A stretch of 64,000 nt of DNA from Longimicrobiales bacterium (GTDB lineage: Bacteria; Gemmatimonadota; Gemmatimonadetes; Longimicrobiales; Gaopeijiaceae), in contig CAXXKM010000001.1 of the NCBI GenBank assembly GCA_963664435.2, positions 192,001 to 256,000 on the forward strand. Direction: 5' to 3'. Each line of letters opens with the position of its first letter. The first letter of the stretch is position 1. The position numbers and the translations under genes are program-made. Under the pieces are notes generated by a model. That model was not told where the DNA came from, did no database searches, and saw only the letters and a list, made by a program, of their open reading frames with translations. Of the stretch, positions 32,849 through 45,904 are shown one piece after another.

Positions 32849-32983
32849 CCTGTCACTCCTTGCGAGCGTCCATGCGCCGCGACCCGTGCCCGACCTGTAG
32901 CCGATCGCACACTCGGGCGCAAACGCCGAAGTGTTGAAAAAATAGGCCGAAGGAGAGCCGAAATCCAGCGAGTGTAACGCGGT

Positions 32984-33229
32984 TCACGCGTCGCGATCCC
33001 CGGTTCCCCCGTGCTCCAGTCCGCGCATCCGCGTGCCGATGGAGAACATCCAGCCCACAAGCAGCAGCCACGCCAGCGAATAGGCGATGAAGACGTACCA
33101 GTACGGCCGCAGCGACTGCTGTGCGAGCACCTCGGTTCCCACCTGGGCGCTCACGGGCGCAGCGAAAGCCAGCAACGCCGCCAGCGCGGCCAGAAGGACG
33201 GTTTCCGGTCGGGAACGAAGAATACGCAT
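32984..33229 (-). CDS. ccmD: CcmD-family small membrane protein
   Basis: YWYVFIAYSLAWLLLVGWMFSIGTRMRGLE directly after ccmC. Confidence 0.7.
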   Translation of the reverse strand: MRILRSRPETVLLAALAALLAFAAPVSAQVGTEVLAQQSLRPYWYVFIAYSLAWLLLVGWMFSIGTRMRGLEHGGTGDRDA

Positions 33230-33239
33230 GGCCGGCTCC

Positions 33240-33944
33240 TTAGGCTGCCCGAGGCTGGTCGCGCGTTTCCAGGGCATGCTGGTAACGCAGATGCTCGAGG
33301 CCGTATCTGAAGATGACGATGGAGAAGAAGATGAGGGTAAAGGCCAGCAGCCCGACCATCAGGGTGATCAGCATGTCCGAATCCAGCGTCGGCCCCTCAT
33401 CGATATTGAGCACCACAGGCTGGGGATGGAGCGACGGGAACCAGAGCACGCTGACGTGGACGAGCGGAATCAGCAGCGCTCCCAGGACGCCGATCACCGC
33501 CGCCATGCGTTTTCCCGCCAGCCGATCTTCCGCCGAAGCGCGCACGAGGAAGTAGCCGAGGAAGACGAACCACATGAGTAGCGTCAGGGTCAGGCGCGGC
33601 TCCCAGGTCCAGGGCGTCCCCCAGGCGTACGCCGCCCAGAGCGGCCCCGAGGTGAGCATGATCGCCCCGAAGACGAGCCCCCCCTCGGCCGCGGACTGCG
33701 CCGCCCAGTCCAGCCGCTCGTCGCGCAGCCAGAGATAGGCGGCCCCGCACAGCGCGGTGATGCCGAAGGCGAGGAAGGTCACCCATGCGGAGGGGACGTG
33801 CACGTAGAAGATGCGCTGCACGATCCCCATGGTGCGCTCCGTCCCCACCCAGAAGAAGACCAGCCAGTGGAGAACCAGCACGCCGGCGACGCCCAGGACC
33901 CCCAATACCATCGCCATCCATCGGATGCGCGTCAGTGACATCAT
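33240..33944 (-). CDS. ccmC: Heme chaperone/exporter CcmC
   Basis: RIFYVHVPSAW, WWD-type WAAYAWGTPWTWEPRLT, SLHP. Confidence 0.92.
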   Translation of the reverse strand: MMSLTRIRWMAMVLGVLGVAGVLVLHWLVFFWVGTERTMGIVQRIFYVHVPSAWVTFLAFGITALCGAAYLWLRDERLDWAAQSAAEGGLVFGAIMLTSGPLWAAYAWGTPWTWEPRLTLTLLMWFVFLGYFLVRASAEDRLAGKRMAAVIGVLGALLIPLVHVSVLWFPSLHPQPVVLNIDEGPTLDSDMLITLMVGLLAFTLIFFSIVIFRYGLEHLRYQHALETRDQPRAA

Positions 33945-34621
33945 TCCTCCACCACGTATCGAAACAGGATCGCGCCCGCCGCGAGCGAAAGCACGGCAAA
34001 GGCCGCCAGCAGATAGAGGCTGCCCTCGACCTCCTGTGCGGGACGCGAGGCGAAGATGCGTCCCGTGGCCGTGACTCCGAAGATGACGACAGGAACCAGA
34101 AGCGGAAAGATCAGGATGGGAAGAAGGGTCTGTCCCATGGTGGTCTGCGCCGATATGGCGCTGAACAGCGTGGTGACGGCCACGACTCCGAGCGTCGCCA
34201 CGGCGAGCACGCCGGCAAGCAGGAGAGGATCGCCTCCGTAATCGAATCCGAAGAACAGCCAATAGGCCGCGAGCGCGATCACCTCGATCAACGCGACCAG
34301 CACGAAATTCGAGATCACCTTGGCCAGGTATATGCCATCCAGTGGAATGGGGCTTGCGAGAAGGCCCTGGATCGCGCCGTGCTCCCGCTCCATCTCGAAG
34401 GTCCGGCCCATGCCCAGCATGCCTCCGAACAGGATCGTCATCCAGAGCAGGCCCGCCGCCAGCTGCTGCATCCGCACCAGCCCCTGATCGATCGCGAAAT
34501 GAAAAAGGATGGCCACGAGCACGGTCAGCCCGCCCATCGCCGCCAGCCGTTCCCGGGTGCGCAGTTCGAGCAGGAGATCCTTGCGCACGATGGCTGCGAC
34601 CTGCCGGAGATAGACGGTCAC
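33941..34621 (-). CDS. ccmB: Heme exporter permease CcmB
   Basis: KDLLLELR, FEMEREHG, LLPILIFPLLVPVVI. Confidence 0.92.
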   Translation of the reverse strand: MTVYLRQVAAIVRKDLLLELRTRERLAAMGGLTVLVAILFHFAIDQGLVRMQQLAAGLLWMTILFGGMLGMGRTFEMEREHGAIQGLLASPIPLDGIYLAKVISNFVLVALIEVIALAAYWLFFGFDYGGDPLLLAGVLAVATLGVVAVTTLFSAISAQTTMGQTLLPILIFPLLVPVVIFGVTATGRIFASRPAQEVEGSLYLLAAFAVLSLAAGAILFRYVVEE

Positions 34622-35364
34622 GCCCCCTCCTCCACGGCGCGCCGGTAGGATCTCTCCAGGCCGCCGGCGTCCAGTTCGGCCCGCCGGGCCTCGAACACAA
34701 ACCTGCCGCGCACCTGGATTGCCACGCGATCGGCCAGTTCGAGCCCCCTCCCCAGGTTGTGTGTGACCATGACGACCGTGCGCCCGCCGTGTTTCAGCGC
34801 CGACAGCAACTCCTGGAGCAGCGCGCCGGCATAGGCGTCGAGTCCGGTGTACGGCTCGTCGAGGAGGACGATCTCCGGGTCGTGGAGCAGCGCCCGCGCT
34901 ACCGCCAGCCGCTGCACCGTACCCCGCGACAGCGTGTCCACCCGGCTGTCGGCGTAGCGTTCGAGGCCGACGTCGCGCAGGCGGTCCGGCACCCGGGAGT
35001 CCAGGTCTTCGAGGCCGTGCAGACGGCCGTGGAACAGGAGGTTCTCGCGCGCGGTCAGGCGACCGTACAGGAAGCTCAGGTGAGACAGAATGCCGATCCG
35101 GCCGCGCGCCGCCCGGTCGCCGATCGTGAGGGGAATCCCGGACACCCGCACCTCGCCGGTCGTGGGGCGAAGCCCTCCCGCGAGCAGCCGCAGGAGGGAG
35201 GTCTTGCCGGCGCCGTTGGGACCGAACACCGAGAGGAACTCGCCGGCGCCGAGACGGAAGGACACGTGATCCACGGCCCGCACCGGCCCGTAGTCCCGGA
35301 CCAGCGACGCCGCCTCCAGCACCGGAGCGTGGGTGCGGGGGGCGGCGGAGGGAGAACCGGACAT
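34618..35364 (-). CDS. ccmA: Heme ABC exporter ATPase CcmA
   Basis: GPNGAGKTS, LSRG, LLDEPYTGLD; upstream of ccmB. Confidence 0.9.
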   Translation of the reverse strand: MSGSPSAAPRTHAPVLEAASLVRDYGPVRAVDHVSFRLGAGEFLSVFGPNGAGKTSLLRLLAGGLRPTTGEVRVSGIPLTIGDRAARGRIGILSHLSFLYGRLTARENLLFHGRLHGLEDLDSRVPDRLRDVGLERYADSRVDTLSRGTVQRLAVARALLHDPEIVLLDEPYTGLDAYAGALLQELLSALKHGGRTVVMVTHNLGRGLELADRVAIQVRGRFVFEARRAELDAGGLERSYRRAVEEGA

Positions 35365-35368
35365 CAGG

Positions 35369-35848
35369 TCATCGGCCCCGTGCGGCCGCGGCCTCCTCCC
35401 CGCGTTCCGACTCCAGTTGTCGGCCGCAGGTCGCGCAGAAGAGCGCCTCCGCGACGTTGGCGCTGCCGCAGCGGTCGCACAGCGTCCTCGATCTCAGGGC
35501 CGCCCGATAGGCCGCGATTTCCCGCTCGAGGTCGTCCGCCACGGCGTCCTTCGCCGGCGGTGCGTCCTCAGCCTGATCCCGGCTCCGCTGCACCTCCCGC
35601 AGCGCATCCAGCGCTTCGCGTCCCAACTCGTCGCGCAATCGCCGGTAGTCGCGTTCGTCGACCTTGCCGGTCGCGAAGTCATACTCGACGTCGCGCAGCG
35701 CCACCAGGCTCAGGTGCCTGCGCGCCTCCGCCTCGGTGAACTCCTCGTCCAGGCTCGCGAGGGACGCCCTCTCCCCGCTGAACACGGGCTGCACGACGTA
35801 CAGGACCACCGCCGCCGCGACCAGAACGGCCCCCAGCAGGATCATCAT
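35369..35848 (-). CDS. CcmI N-terminal-like protein with C-terminal zinc ribbon
   Basis: N-terminal TM; LRDVEYDFATGKVDERDY; CDRC...CATC. Confidence 0.7.
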   Translation of the reverse strand: MMILLGAVLVAAAVVLYVVQPVFSGERASLASLDEEFTEAEARRHLSLVALRDVEYDFATGKVDERDYRRLRDELGREALDALREVQRSRDQAEDAPPAKDAVADDLEREIAAYRAALRSRTLCDRCGSANVAEALFCATCGRQLESERGEEAAAARGR

Positions 35849-35922
35849 GCGCTATGCAACGTCATCATGGGCGATGCGGCGGCGGAGCCGGGGGCGGGGA
35901 CCGAACGGGACGGCGGCCCGGG

Positions 35923-37958
<2,036 letters not shown>

Positions 37959-37962
<4 letters not shown>

Positions 37963-38375
37963 CCGGCCATCTCGTCCGGCATCGCCTCGTAGCGGCTGCC
38001 ACACTTGGTCAGCACCGTGGTCGCCTCGAAGACACCGTCGCGGCGGAAACGCCCTTCGACCACGACTTCGGTCTCGTCGCTGAAGGTGTCCGGGAGAATG
38101 TCACGATACTCCACCCGGAAGCTGGCGTCCTCCCGGGCGAGGTCCATCACCGAGAAGTAGTGCTCGAACGCGCCCGCGCCCTCGTAGCTTCCCTCGACCA
38201 CCCGGCCGCTGACCTTCACCCCGATGTCGTGGAAGGTGTCGTCCTCGGCCACCTTCGCCATGAGTTCGACCGGGGTCAGGTAGTACACCATCGCCTTGTC
38301 GAAACCGGTCCAGATAAGGAAGGTCACGACCATGGCGACGCCGACCAGACCGATATAGAAGCGGCTGTTCTTCAT
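37959..38375 (-). CDS. ccmE: Heme chaperone CcmE, CXXXY variant
   Basis: YYLTPVE, LPDTF, VVVEG, VLTKCGSRYE. Confidence 0.9.
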
Positions 38376-38448
38376 CCGCTGCGCTCCTGTGTCCCGTGTG
38401 TCCCGCACCCGGCCCGACTGCCTCGAGTCCGGCCTTGCCAGCATTCAA

Positions 38449-38476
38449 AATATAGGAGGGAGGCGCGGTTTCTCAA
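38449..38476 (-). promoter_or_regulatory. Putative sigma70 promoter of ccm operon
   Basis: Minus strand TTGAGA-N16-TATATT. Confidence 0.45.
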
Positions 38477-39990
38477 ACCTGAGCGGGTTGCTCGCCCCCG
38501 CGGGCCCAGCTGCGCGCGGCCGCGACCGCCCTATCCCACCCGGCGATGAGCGCCGCGCGGTCTTCGGAGCCCATCGCGGGCGAGTAGACGTCGGGATCCC
38601 CGGAGGAGGCCGCGAACACCTCTCCGTCCGGCCACATGCCTGCCGCGATCCCCGCCAGGCCGGCCGCCCCGAGCGCGGTGGTCTCCACCCGCGGCGCTCG
38701 TCGCACGGGCACGTCCAGCACGTCCGCCTGGAACTGCATCAGCCACCGGTTGCGCGCCGCCCCGCCGTCGGCGCGCAGCTCCCGGGTGGCCAGCCCGGCG
38801 TCCCCCTCCATGGCACGGATGACGTCGACCGTGCCGTACGCCATCGACTCGAGCGCCGCGCGGGCCAGGTGGGACGCGGTCGTCCCGCGCGTGATGCCCA
38901 CCATCGTCCCGCGCGCCTCCGGGATCCAGTGGGGCGCCCCAAGCCCGACGAACGCGGGCACGAAGTAGACTCCGGCGTTATCCGCGACCTCGCGGGCGCG
39001 CTCCTCCGATTCCGCGGCGTGGTCGAGGATGCCCAGGCCGTCGCGCAGCCACTGAACGGACGCGCCCGCCGAAAAGATAGATCCCTCCAGGGCGTACGCC
39101 GGGCCGCCGCGCGCGTCGCAGGCCAGCGTGGTGAGAAGCCCGTTGTCCGAGGGCACCACCTCCTGGCCCGTATGCAGCAGCAGGAACGCCCCGGTGCCGT
39201 AGGTCACCTTGGCGAGGCCGGCGCGGATGCACCCCTGCCCGAAGAGGGCGGCCTGCTGGTCCCCGACCACGCCCGCAATCGGAACTTCCGTCCCCAGGTG
39301 CTCGCCGCGTACGACCCCGAAGTCGCCGGAGCTGGAGCGGACCTCGGGCAGGATGTCCGCGGGGACTTCGAGCAGGTCGGCGAGCGACGGGTCCCAGGCC
39401 CGGCGGTGCAGATCGTAGAGGAGGGTGCGGGAGGCATTGGTGTGGTCGGTGGCGTGTACCGCCCCGCCGGTCAGGCGAGCCACCAGCCAGGCGTCGATGG
39501 TGCCCGCGGCCAGGTCGCCGGCTTCCGCCGCCGAGCGCAGCTCCGGGCGCTCGCGAAAGAGCCAGGTCAGCTTGGTTCCCGAGAAGTAGGGATCCAGAAC
39601 CAGCCCCGTGCGCCGGCGCACCTCGGACTCGTGGCCCCCGCGGCGCAACTCCCTGCATATCGAAGCGGTGCGGCGGTCCTGCCAGACGATCGCCCGGCAC
39701 ACCGGCTCGAGCGAGGCGCGGTCCCACAGCACCACGGTCTCGCGCTGGTTGGCGATGCCGATGGCCTCCAGGCGCGCCTCCCCGCCGGCGTCGTCCAGCG
39801 CGGCGCGCGCGACCCGCCGGGTAACCCGCCAGATCTCCTCCGCGTCGTGCTCGACCCGGCCCGGCCGGGGAAAGTGCTGGGTGAACTCCGAGTAGCCGCG
39901 TCCCACGATCCGTCCGTCGCTCGTCACCACGAGGGCGGTCGAGCCGGTCGTGCCCTGGTCGAGGGCCAGAACCGCGGATGGTCTGCTCAC
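38473..39990 (-). CDS. glpK: Glycerol kinase
   Basis: LDQGTTGS, NQRETVVLW, WQDRRT, DPYFSGTK, GDQQAALFG, YALEGS. Confidence 0.95.
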   Translation of the reverse strand: MSRPSAVLALDQGTTGSTALVVTSDGRIVGRGYSEFTQHFPRPGRVEHDAEEIWRVTRRVARAALDDAGGEARLEAIGIANQRETVVLWDRASLEPVCRAIVWQDRRTASICRELRRGGHESEVRRRTGLVLDPYFSGTKLTWLFRERPELRSAAEAGDLAAGTIDAWLVARLTGGAVHATDHTNASRTLLYDLHRRAWDPSLADLLEVPADILPEVRSSSGDFGVVRGEHLGTEVPIAGVVGDQQAALFGQGCIRAGLAKVTYGTGAFLLLHTGQEVVPSDNGLLTTLACDARGGPAYALEGSIFSAGASVQWLRDGLGILDHAAESEERAREVADNAGVYFVPAFVGLGAPHWIPEARGTMVGITRGTTASHLARAALESMAYGTVDVIRAMEGDAGLATRELRADGGAARNRWLMQFQADVLDVPVRRAPRVETTALGAAGLAGIAAGMWPDGEVFAASSGDPDVYSPAMGSEDRAALIAGWDRAVAAARSWARGGEQPAQV

Positions 39991-40646
39991 AACTTCGCTC
40001 CGGTTTCCGGTCTCACCTCAACTTCGGATGCCGTTGCCCGACCACCGAAGCCGTACGGGACGCCGGCGGCGCCCAGCAGGCCCACGAGCAGCGGCACGGG
40101 CAGCCCCACCACCGTGAAGTAGTCGCCCTCCAGCGACTCCACCAGCACCGCGCCGGCGCCCTGTATGGCATAGGCTCCCGCCTTGTCCATCGGCTCCCCG
40201 GTGGCCACGTAGGCCCGAGCCTCCTGCTCGGCGAAGGATCGCAGCCATACCGTGGTTCGCGAGACGCCGGCGTGCACGCACCCGTCAGGCTCCACCAGCG
40301 CCAGCGCGCTGACCACCTCGTGGGCTCGGCCGGACAGGCTGAGAAGCATCGCGACCGCATGATCGGCGTCGCCGGGCTTGCCCAGGATGGTCCCGTCCCG
40401 CACCACGACCGTATCGCCGCCCAGCACCAGCCTCCCCGGCCGGCGCCGCGCCACCGTGCGCGCCTTCCCCTCCGCCAGACGCCGCGTATGCGCGACCGGG
40501 TCCTCCCCGGGCAGCACCTCCTCCGGGATGTCCGCCGGGTCGATCTCGAACGGGATCGCCAGCATCGAGAGCAGGTCCGCGCGCCGGGGCGACCGGGACG
40601 CGAGCACGAGACGGTGGCCCCGCCCATCCGCCGGCCGCGCGGTCAC
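39987..40646 (-). CDS. maf: Maf-family nucleoside triphosphate pyrophosphatase
   Basis: [44 protein letters not shown] start overlapping dtd stop. Confidence 0.92.
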   Translation of the reverse strand: MTARPADGRGHRLVLASRSPRRADLLSMLAIPFEIDPADIPEEVLPGEDPVAHTRRLAEGKARTVARRRPGRLVLGGDTVVVRDGTILGKPGDADHAVAMLLSLSGRAHEVVSALALVEPDGCVHAGVSRTTVWLRSFAEQEARAYVATGEPMDKAGAYAIQGAGAVLVESLEGDYFTVVGLPVPLLVGLLGAAGVPYGFGGRATASEVEVRPETGAKL

Positions 40647-41083
40647 CGTTCGAGCACCAGCGTGACGGGACCGTCGTTTACGAGCTCCACGTCCATCATG
40701 GCGCCGAACACGCCGGTCTCGACCCGACCCGGGGCCTTCTCCCGCAGGAGCGCCACGAAGTCCTCGTAGAGAGGCACCGCCACGTCCGGCCCCGCCGCCC
40801 GAATGAAGCTCGGCCGGCGTCCCTTGCGGGTATCCCCGTACAGCGTGAACTGGCTCACGACCAGAACGTCGCCGGAGACATCCTGGAGCGACAGGTTCAT
40901 TCTGCCCTGCGGATCGTTGAAGACGCGCAGCCCCAGCACCTTGTTGGCCATCCACCTGAGCGCGTCCGCGCTGTCCCCGCGGGTGAATCCGGCCAGCAGC
41001 AGGAGCCCGGGACCGATGCGGCCCACCACCGAGCCGTCGACGGTCACCGAGGCGCGCGCCACGCGCTGGAGCACGATCCTCAC
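40643..41083 (-). CDS. dtd: D-aminoacyl-tRNA deacylase
   Basis: VLQRV, VSQFTL, GRRPSF, NDGPVT. Confidence 0.96.
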   Translation of the reverse strand: MRIVLQRVARASVTVDGSVVGRIGPGLLLLAGFTRGDSADALRWMANKVLGLRVFNDPQGRMNLSLQDVSGDVLVVSQFTLYGDTRKGRRPSFIRAAGPDVAVPLYEDFVALLREKAPGRVETGVFGAMMDVELVNDGPVTLVLER

Positions 41084-41147
41084 CTCGCGCCCCCGCCGCA
41101 GACCGGCCCGGCAGGCGTGATCCCCATCCGTCCCCGCGCCCGGGTCT

Positions 41148-42986
41148 TCACTCGACGGTGACCGACTTGGCCAGGTTGCGGGGCTGATCCACGTCGCAGC
41201 CCCGGAGGACGGCGATGTGGTAGGCGAGCAGCTGAAGGGGCACCGTGGTAAGCACGGGGCGCAGGAAGGGCAGCGTGTCCGGCACCCGGATGACGTGGTC
41301 CACCTTGTCCTCGAGTTCCGAGTTGCCTTCGCTGACGACGGCGATCACGCGCGCATCCCTCGCCTTCACCTCCTCGATATTGGAAACGACCTTCGGATAG
41401 ACGGGATCGCTGGGGGCGAGGATCACGACCGGCATGGCCTCGTCGATCAGCGCGATGGGGCCGTGCTTCATCTCCGCGGCGGGATAGCCTTCGGCGTGGA
41501 TGTAGCTCACCTCCTTGAGCTTGAGCGCCCCCTCCAGCGCCACCGGAAACTGGAAGCCGCGGCCCAGATAGAGGAAGTTGGGCGCGTCCTTGCAGGTGCG
41601 GGCCAGTTCCAGGATGGAATCGTTCAGCTTCAGGACCTCCTCCACCTGTCCCGGGAGCGCCTGCATGGCCTCGACGATGCGGCGTCCTCCCAGCAATGAG
41701 ATCTGCCGGCGCCGGCCCATCCACAGGGCGAACAGGGCGAGCACCACGAGCTGGCTGGTGAAGGCCTTGGTGGACGCCACCCCCACCTCCGGCCCGGCGT
41801 GGAGGTGGCAGCCGAAGGCGGTTTCGCGCGCGATGGAGGAGCCCACCACGTTGACGATGCCCATGGTGCGCGCTCCCCGGCGTCGCGCCTCCCGCAACGC
41901 GGCCAGCGTGTCCGCGGTCTCTCCGGACTGGCTGATCGCGACCACCAGGGTGCGCTCGTTCAGCACAGGGTTCTTGTAGCGGAACTCCGAGGCGTACTCC
42001 ACCTCGACCGGGATGCGCGCGAGATCCTCGAGCATGTATTCGCCGATCAGCGCCGCGTGCCAGCTGGTTCCGCACGCCGTCATGACCACGCGATCCACGG
42101 AGAGCAGTTCTTCGCGGTGCCGCTCGATGCCGCCCAGGCGAGCCGTCCCCTCGGCCTCCAACAACCGTCCCCGAAGGACGTCGCGCAGACTGCGCGGCTG
42201 CTCGCAGATCTCCTTCAGCATGAAATGCTCGAAACCGCCGCGCTCGATGGCGGAGAGGTCCCAGGTCACCTGGTGCACGGAGCGGCGCACCGTGCCCCGC
42301 CCCATGTGGTAGACCCGGTAGCCGGTGCGCTCGAGCTTCGCATAGTCGCCGTCCGCGAGGTAGACGACATCCCGCGTCCGGGCCACGACGGCGGCCGCGT
42401 CGGAGCCCACCAGGTATTGGCCCGAGGCTCCCACCCCGAGCAGGAGCGGGCTCCCCCGGCGCGCCGCGACCAGCTTGCCCGGCTCGTGCGCGGAGATCGC
42501 CGCGATGCCATAGGTGCCCTCGACCCGTTCCAGCGCGAGCGCGAGGGCTTCCTCCAGCGGAGATCCCTCCCTGCGGAAGAAATCGACCAGGTGCACGACG
42601 ACTTCGGTGTCGGTATCGCTGCGGAACCGGTATCCGCGCGCCTCGAGCCGTCGCCTGAGCAGGGCCGCGTTCTCGATGATGCCGTTGTGGACCAGGGCCA
42701 CGCCGCCATCCTGACTGACATGGGGATGGGCGTTGCGCTCGGTCGGGGCGCCATGGGTGGCCCAGCGCGTATGGGCGATGCCGCAACTCCCCCGCGGCGA
42801 GTCGCGGCCGATGGCCGCCTCCACCCGCCCCAGCTTGCCCGCCCGCTTCACCACGCGCAGCCCGGCGTCGCCGTCGACCACCGCGAGACCGGCCGAGTCG
42901 TATCCGCGGTACTCGAGACGGCGCAGGCCCTCGAGCAGCACGGGGGTCGCGTCCTCCGGACCCACGTATCCGACTATTCCGCACAT
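41148..42986 (-). CDS. glmS: Glutamine--fructose-6-phosphate aminotransferase
   Basis: [43 protein letters not shown]. Confidence 0.97.
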   Translation of the reverse strand: MCGIVGYVGPEDATPVLLEGLRRLEYRGYDSAGLAVVDGDAGLRVVKRAGKLGRVEAAIGRDSPRGSCGIAHTRWATHGAPTERNAHPHVSQDGGVALVHNGIIENAALLRRRLEARGYRFRSDTDTEVVVHLVDFFRREGSPLEEALALALERVEGTYGIAAISAHEPGKLVAARRGSPLLLGVGASGQYLVGSDAAAVVARTRDVVYLADGDYAKLERTGYRVYHMGRGTVRRSVHQVTWDLSAIERGGFEHFMLKEICEQPRSLRDVLRGRLLEAEGTARLGGIERHREELLSVDRVVMTACGTSWHAALIGEYMLEDLARIPVEVEYASEFRYKNPVLNERTLVVAISQSGETADTLAALREARRRGARTMGIVNVVGSSIARETAFGCHLHAGPEVGVASTKAFTSQLVVLALFALWMGRRRQISLLGGRRIVEAMQALPGQVEEVLKLNDSILELARTCKDAPNFLYLGRGFQFPVALEGALKLKEVSYIHAEGYPAAEMKHGPIALIDEAMPVVILAPSDPVYPKVVSNIEEVKARDARVIAVVSEGNSELEDKVDHVIRVPDTLPFLRPVLTTVPLQLLAYHIAVLRGCDVDQPRNLAKSVTVE

Positions 42987-43079
42987 GTCGTCTTCGATGC
43001 TGGGGTCATTCGGGCACCCGGGCCGCCGCCTCTGCAGCCGCCGCGCCCGCACCACACGGAAGCTACCGCGCGCACCACC

Positions 43080-44471
43080 TCAGGGGGAACGCGCCAGCCC
43101 GTCCAACTCGGCGCGCGCGTCCTCCACGAGCTTCCCCGCGCGCGGCCCGGCCGGCGCTTCCGCGATCAGCCGCACCACCGGCTCCGTGCCGGAGGGCCGC
43201 ACGTGCAGCCACTCGCGGCGGTCGGGCCAGGTCAGCCGCAGCCCGTCGGCGCGGTCCCGGTGCGCGCCGGGCCAGCGCTGCTGCAGGCGAACGTAGGCGG
43301 TTTCCAGCACCTCCCTGGGGAAGGCGACCTTTTCCTTCACGATGCGGTAGTCCGGATAGCGGCCGACGGCAGCCGCCAGCGAGATCCCTTCGTCGAGAAG
43401 ATGCTGGAGCACGAGCGCGGCGCCCACCAGTGCGTCCCGGGTGTGGTGCAGCGCCGGCACGATCACCCCGCCGTTCCCTTCCCCGCCCACCACGGCTCGC
43501 TCCGCCTGCATGCGGCGCACCACGTTGATCTCGCCCACGGGCGCGCGCAACGTCTTCGCCCCGGTGGCGGCCGAGGCGTCCTCGATCACCTGGCTGGTGG
43601 AAAGGTTGGTCACCACCAGCCCCGGAAACCGTCTGGTCACGGCCGCGGCTGCCAGGGCCAGAGTGAAGTCCTCGCCGACCGGATCACCGGTCTCGTCCAC
43701 AAGCGACAGGCGGTCCACGTCGGGGTCCACCGCCATCCCCAGGTCGGCCCGGCTCTCCCGCACCAGCGCCCCCAGGTCGCCCAGGTTCGCGGCGGTCGGC
43801 TCGGGGTCGCGCGGAAAGCGACCGTCCATCTCCAACCCAATGGCGTCGACGCGGCACCCCAGGCGCTCCAGCAGTTCGGGCATGACCGCGCCCCCCGCCC
43901 CGTGAACGCAGTCGAGCGCCACGGAGAATCTGCGCGCACGCAGCGCGGCAACGTCCACGAAGGGAAGGTCCAGGACCGCCCGCAGGTGCCGCCGGGCCGC
44001 GCCATCGTCCCTCGTGAGCTCCCCGACCCGATCCCAGGGCGCGCGCGGAATCTCCCCCTCCAGCACCCGCTCGAACCGCGCCATCCCGGGTGCGTCCAGG
44101 AACATTCCCTCGGCCGTAGCGAACTTGAGGGCGTTCCACTCCGCGGGATTGTGGCTCGCCGTGACCGCGATCCCGCCAGCCGCGCGGGCGTCGCGAACCG
44201 CCATCATGAGCGTCGGGGTGGGCACGATGCCGATGTCGACCACGTCGCACCCCACCGACGCCAGTCCGGCACCGGCAGCCGCCGCGAGCATGCGCCCGGA
44301 CGTCCGCGAATCCCGTCCCAGCATCACGGATCGCCCCGCGCCCTCGCCGCGCAGGAATCCGCCGTACGCCGCCGCGACCGCGGCGACCAGCTCGGGCGTG
44401 AGCGGATCTCCCACCCGGCCCCGGAAGCCCGAAACACTGACCATGAGCCCGCGCGGAAGCACGATCGGCAT
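43080..44471 (-). CDS. glmM: Phosphoglucosamine mutase / phosphomannomutase
   Basis: GRDSRTSG, TASHNP, DPDVDR, GGEGNGG, RPSGTEP; adjacent to glmS. Confidence 0.85.
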   Translation of the reverse strand: MPIVLPRGLMVSVSGFRGRVGDPLTPELVAAVAAAYGGFLRGEGAGRSVMLGRDSRTSGRMLAAAAGAGLASVGCDVVDIGIVPTPTLMMAVRDARAAGGIAVTASHNPAEWNALKFATAEGMFLDAPGMARFERVLEGEIPRAPWDRVGELTRDDGAARRHLRAVLDLPFVDVAALRARRFSVALDCVHGAGGAVMPELLERLGCRVDAIGLEMDGRFPRDPEPTAANLGDLGALVRESRADLGMAVDPDVDRLSLVDETGDPVGEDFTLALAAAAVTRRFPGLVVTNLSTSQVIEDASAATGAKTLRAPVGEINVVRRMQAERAVVGGEGNGGVIVPALHHTRDALVGAALVLQHLLDEGISLAAAVGRYPDYRIVKEKVAFPREVLETAYVRLQQRWPGAHRDRADGLRLTWPDRREWLHVRPSGTEPVVRLIAEAPAGPRAGKLVEDARAELDGLARSP

Positions 44472-44579
44472 AGCTGGCAACCCCCTGTTGGGCGGCGGGA
44501 CTCGCCTTCGTCCCGTCGCGCGGACTAGATTCGAGCCGTTCACAGTTGTCCAGAACCCCTTCGGCCACATCCCGGATCC

Positions 44580-45764
44580 ATGACCCAGCCCCTGCCCAGG
44601 ACGCCATCGCCGCGCCGCGGGCTCGGAACGCTCGCGATTCACGGGGGACAGGCGCCCGAGCCGCACACCGGGGCCATCATGCCTCCCATCTTCCAGACTT
44701 CGACCTACGTGCAGCCCGGACTCGACCAGGGCTGGGCCTACGACTACGCGCGCATCTCGAACCCTACCCGCGAAGCCCTGGAACGCAACCTCGCCGCTCT
44801 CGAAAAAGCGTCCCACGGAATCGCATTCGCGAGCGGGATGGCCGCCATCGATTGCGTGGCGCGACTGCTGTCGGCGGGCGATCACGCGGTCTGCGAGGAG
44901 AACACCTACGGCGGGACGACGCGGCTGGCCACGCAGGTCCTGAACCGGGCCGGCATCTCCTTCTCCTTCGTGGACTCGAGGGATCCGCAGCGAATCCGGG
45001 ACGCGCTCCGGCCGAACACGCGGCTGGTGCTCCTCGAGAGCCCCACCAACCCCATGATGCGCCTGTGCGACCTCCGCGCGGCCGCCGAGGCGACCCGCGA
45101 CGCGGGCGTGCTTCTGTGCGTGGACAACACCTTCGCGACGCCCGTGAACCAGCGCCCCCACGAGACGGGCGCGGACATCGTGATGCACTCGACCACGAAG
45201 TACCTGAACGGCCACAGCGACATCATCGGCGGGGCTCTTACGGTGCGCGACCCGGACCTGGACGACCGTTTGCGCTTCCTGCGCAAGTCCACCGGCGCCG
45301 TCCCCGGCCCCATGGACTGCTGGCTCTGCCTGCGCGGCGCCAAGACCCTGCACGTGCGCATGCGCGAGCACAACGCCAACGGGCTGGCGGTGGCGCGCTT
45401 CCTGGAGGCCCATCGGGCCGTCGACGAGGTGTACTATCCGGGCCTGGCCTCCCACCCGCAGCACGAACTCGCGGCACGCCAGATGACCGGGTTCAGCGGC
45501 ATGGTGTCCGTCACCCTGCCGACCGAGGACGCCGTGCGGCGGCTGGTGGAGGGCACGCGCATCTTCGCGCTCGCGGAGAGCCTGGGAGGGGTGGAATCGC
45601 TCATCTCGGTGCCCGCGCTCATGACCCACGCGTCGGTGCCCCGCGAGCGCAGGGAGGAGATGGGGGTCAGCAGCCGCCTGGTGCGGCTGTCGGTGGGAAT
45701 CGAGGATCCGCGGGACCTGCTCGAAGACCTGGACCAGGCTCTGTCCCGCGGGTCCGGCGGCTGA
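44580..45764 (+). CDS. Cystathionine gamma-synthase/lyase (Cys/Met metabolism PLP enzyme)
   Basis: PIFQTSTY, YARISNPTR, FASGMAA, DNTFATP, HSTTKYLNGHSD, AESLGGVESL. Confidence 0.92.
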   Translation: MTQPLPRTPSPRRGLGTLAIHGGQAPEPHTGAIMPPIFQTSTYVQPGLDQGWAYDYARISNPTREALERNLAALEKASHGIAFASGMAAIDCVARLLSAGDHAVCEENTYGGTTRLATQVLNRAGISFSFVDSRDPQRIRDALRPNTRLVLLESPTNPMMRLCDLRAAAEATRDAGVLLCVDNTFATPVNQRPHETGADIVMHSTTKYLNGHSDIIGGALTVRDPDLDDRLRFLRKSTGAVPGPMDCWLCLRGAKTLHVRMREHNANGLAVARFLEAHRAVDEVYYPGLASHPQHELAARQMTGFSGMVSVTLPTEDAVRRLVEGTRIFALAESLGGVESLISVPALMTHASVPRERREEMGVSSRLVRLSVGIEDPRDLLEDLDQALSRGSGG

Positions 45765-45795
45765 TGGACTCCCGGAATTACGCCGCAATGGTGCC

Positions 45796-45822
45796 GAAAC
45801 CTCGGTTCCGGGCGGGGCGTAC
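45796..45822 (+). promoter_or_regulatory. Putative ECF-sigma promoter upstream of M48 protease
   Basis: GAAAC-N17-CGTAC, same motif as upstream of the ECF sigma and anti-sigma genes. Confidence 0.6.
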
Positions 45823-45904
45823 GAGAACCGACCACGGCGGGGGGGAGCCCGGCGCGGCCGACACGAATACCAGGACGCGAGGCGTCCGCTAAAGGAGAAT
45901 CACC

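Noticed and set aside
42987..43079. glmS ribozyme upstream of glmS
   Set aside because: The spacer is only ~93 nt and lacks the conserved ribozyme core sequence
44493..44520. Hairpin between divergent glmM and cystathionine enzyme as SAM riboswitch
   Set aside because: Single short stem with no recognisable riboswitch consensus
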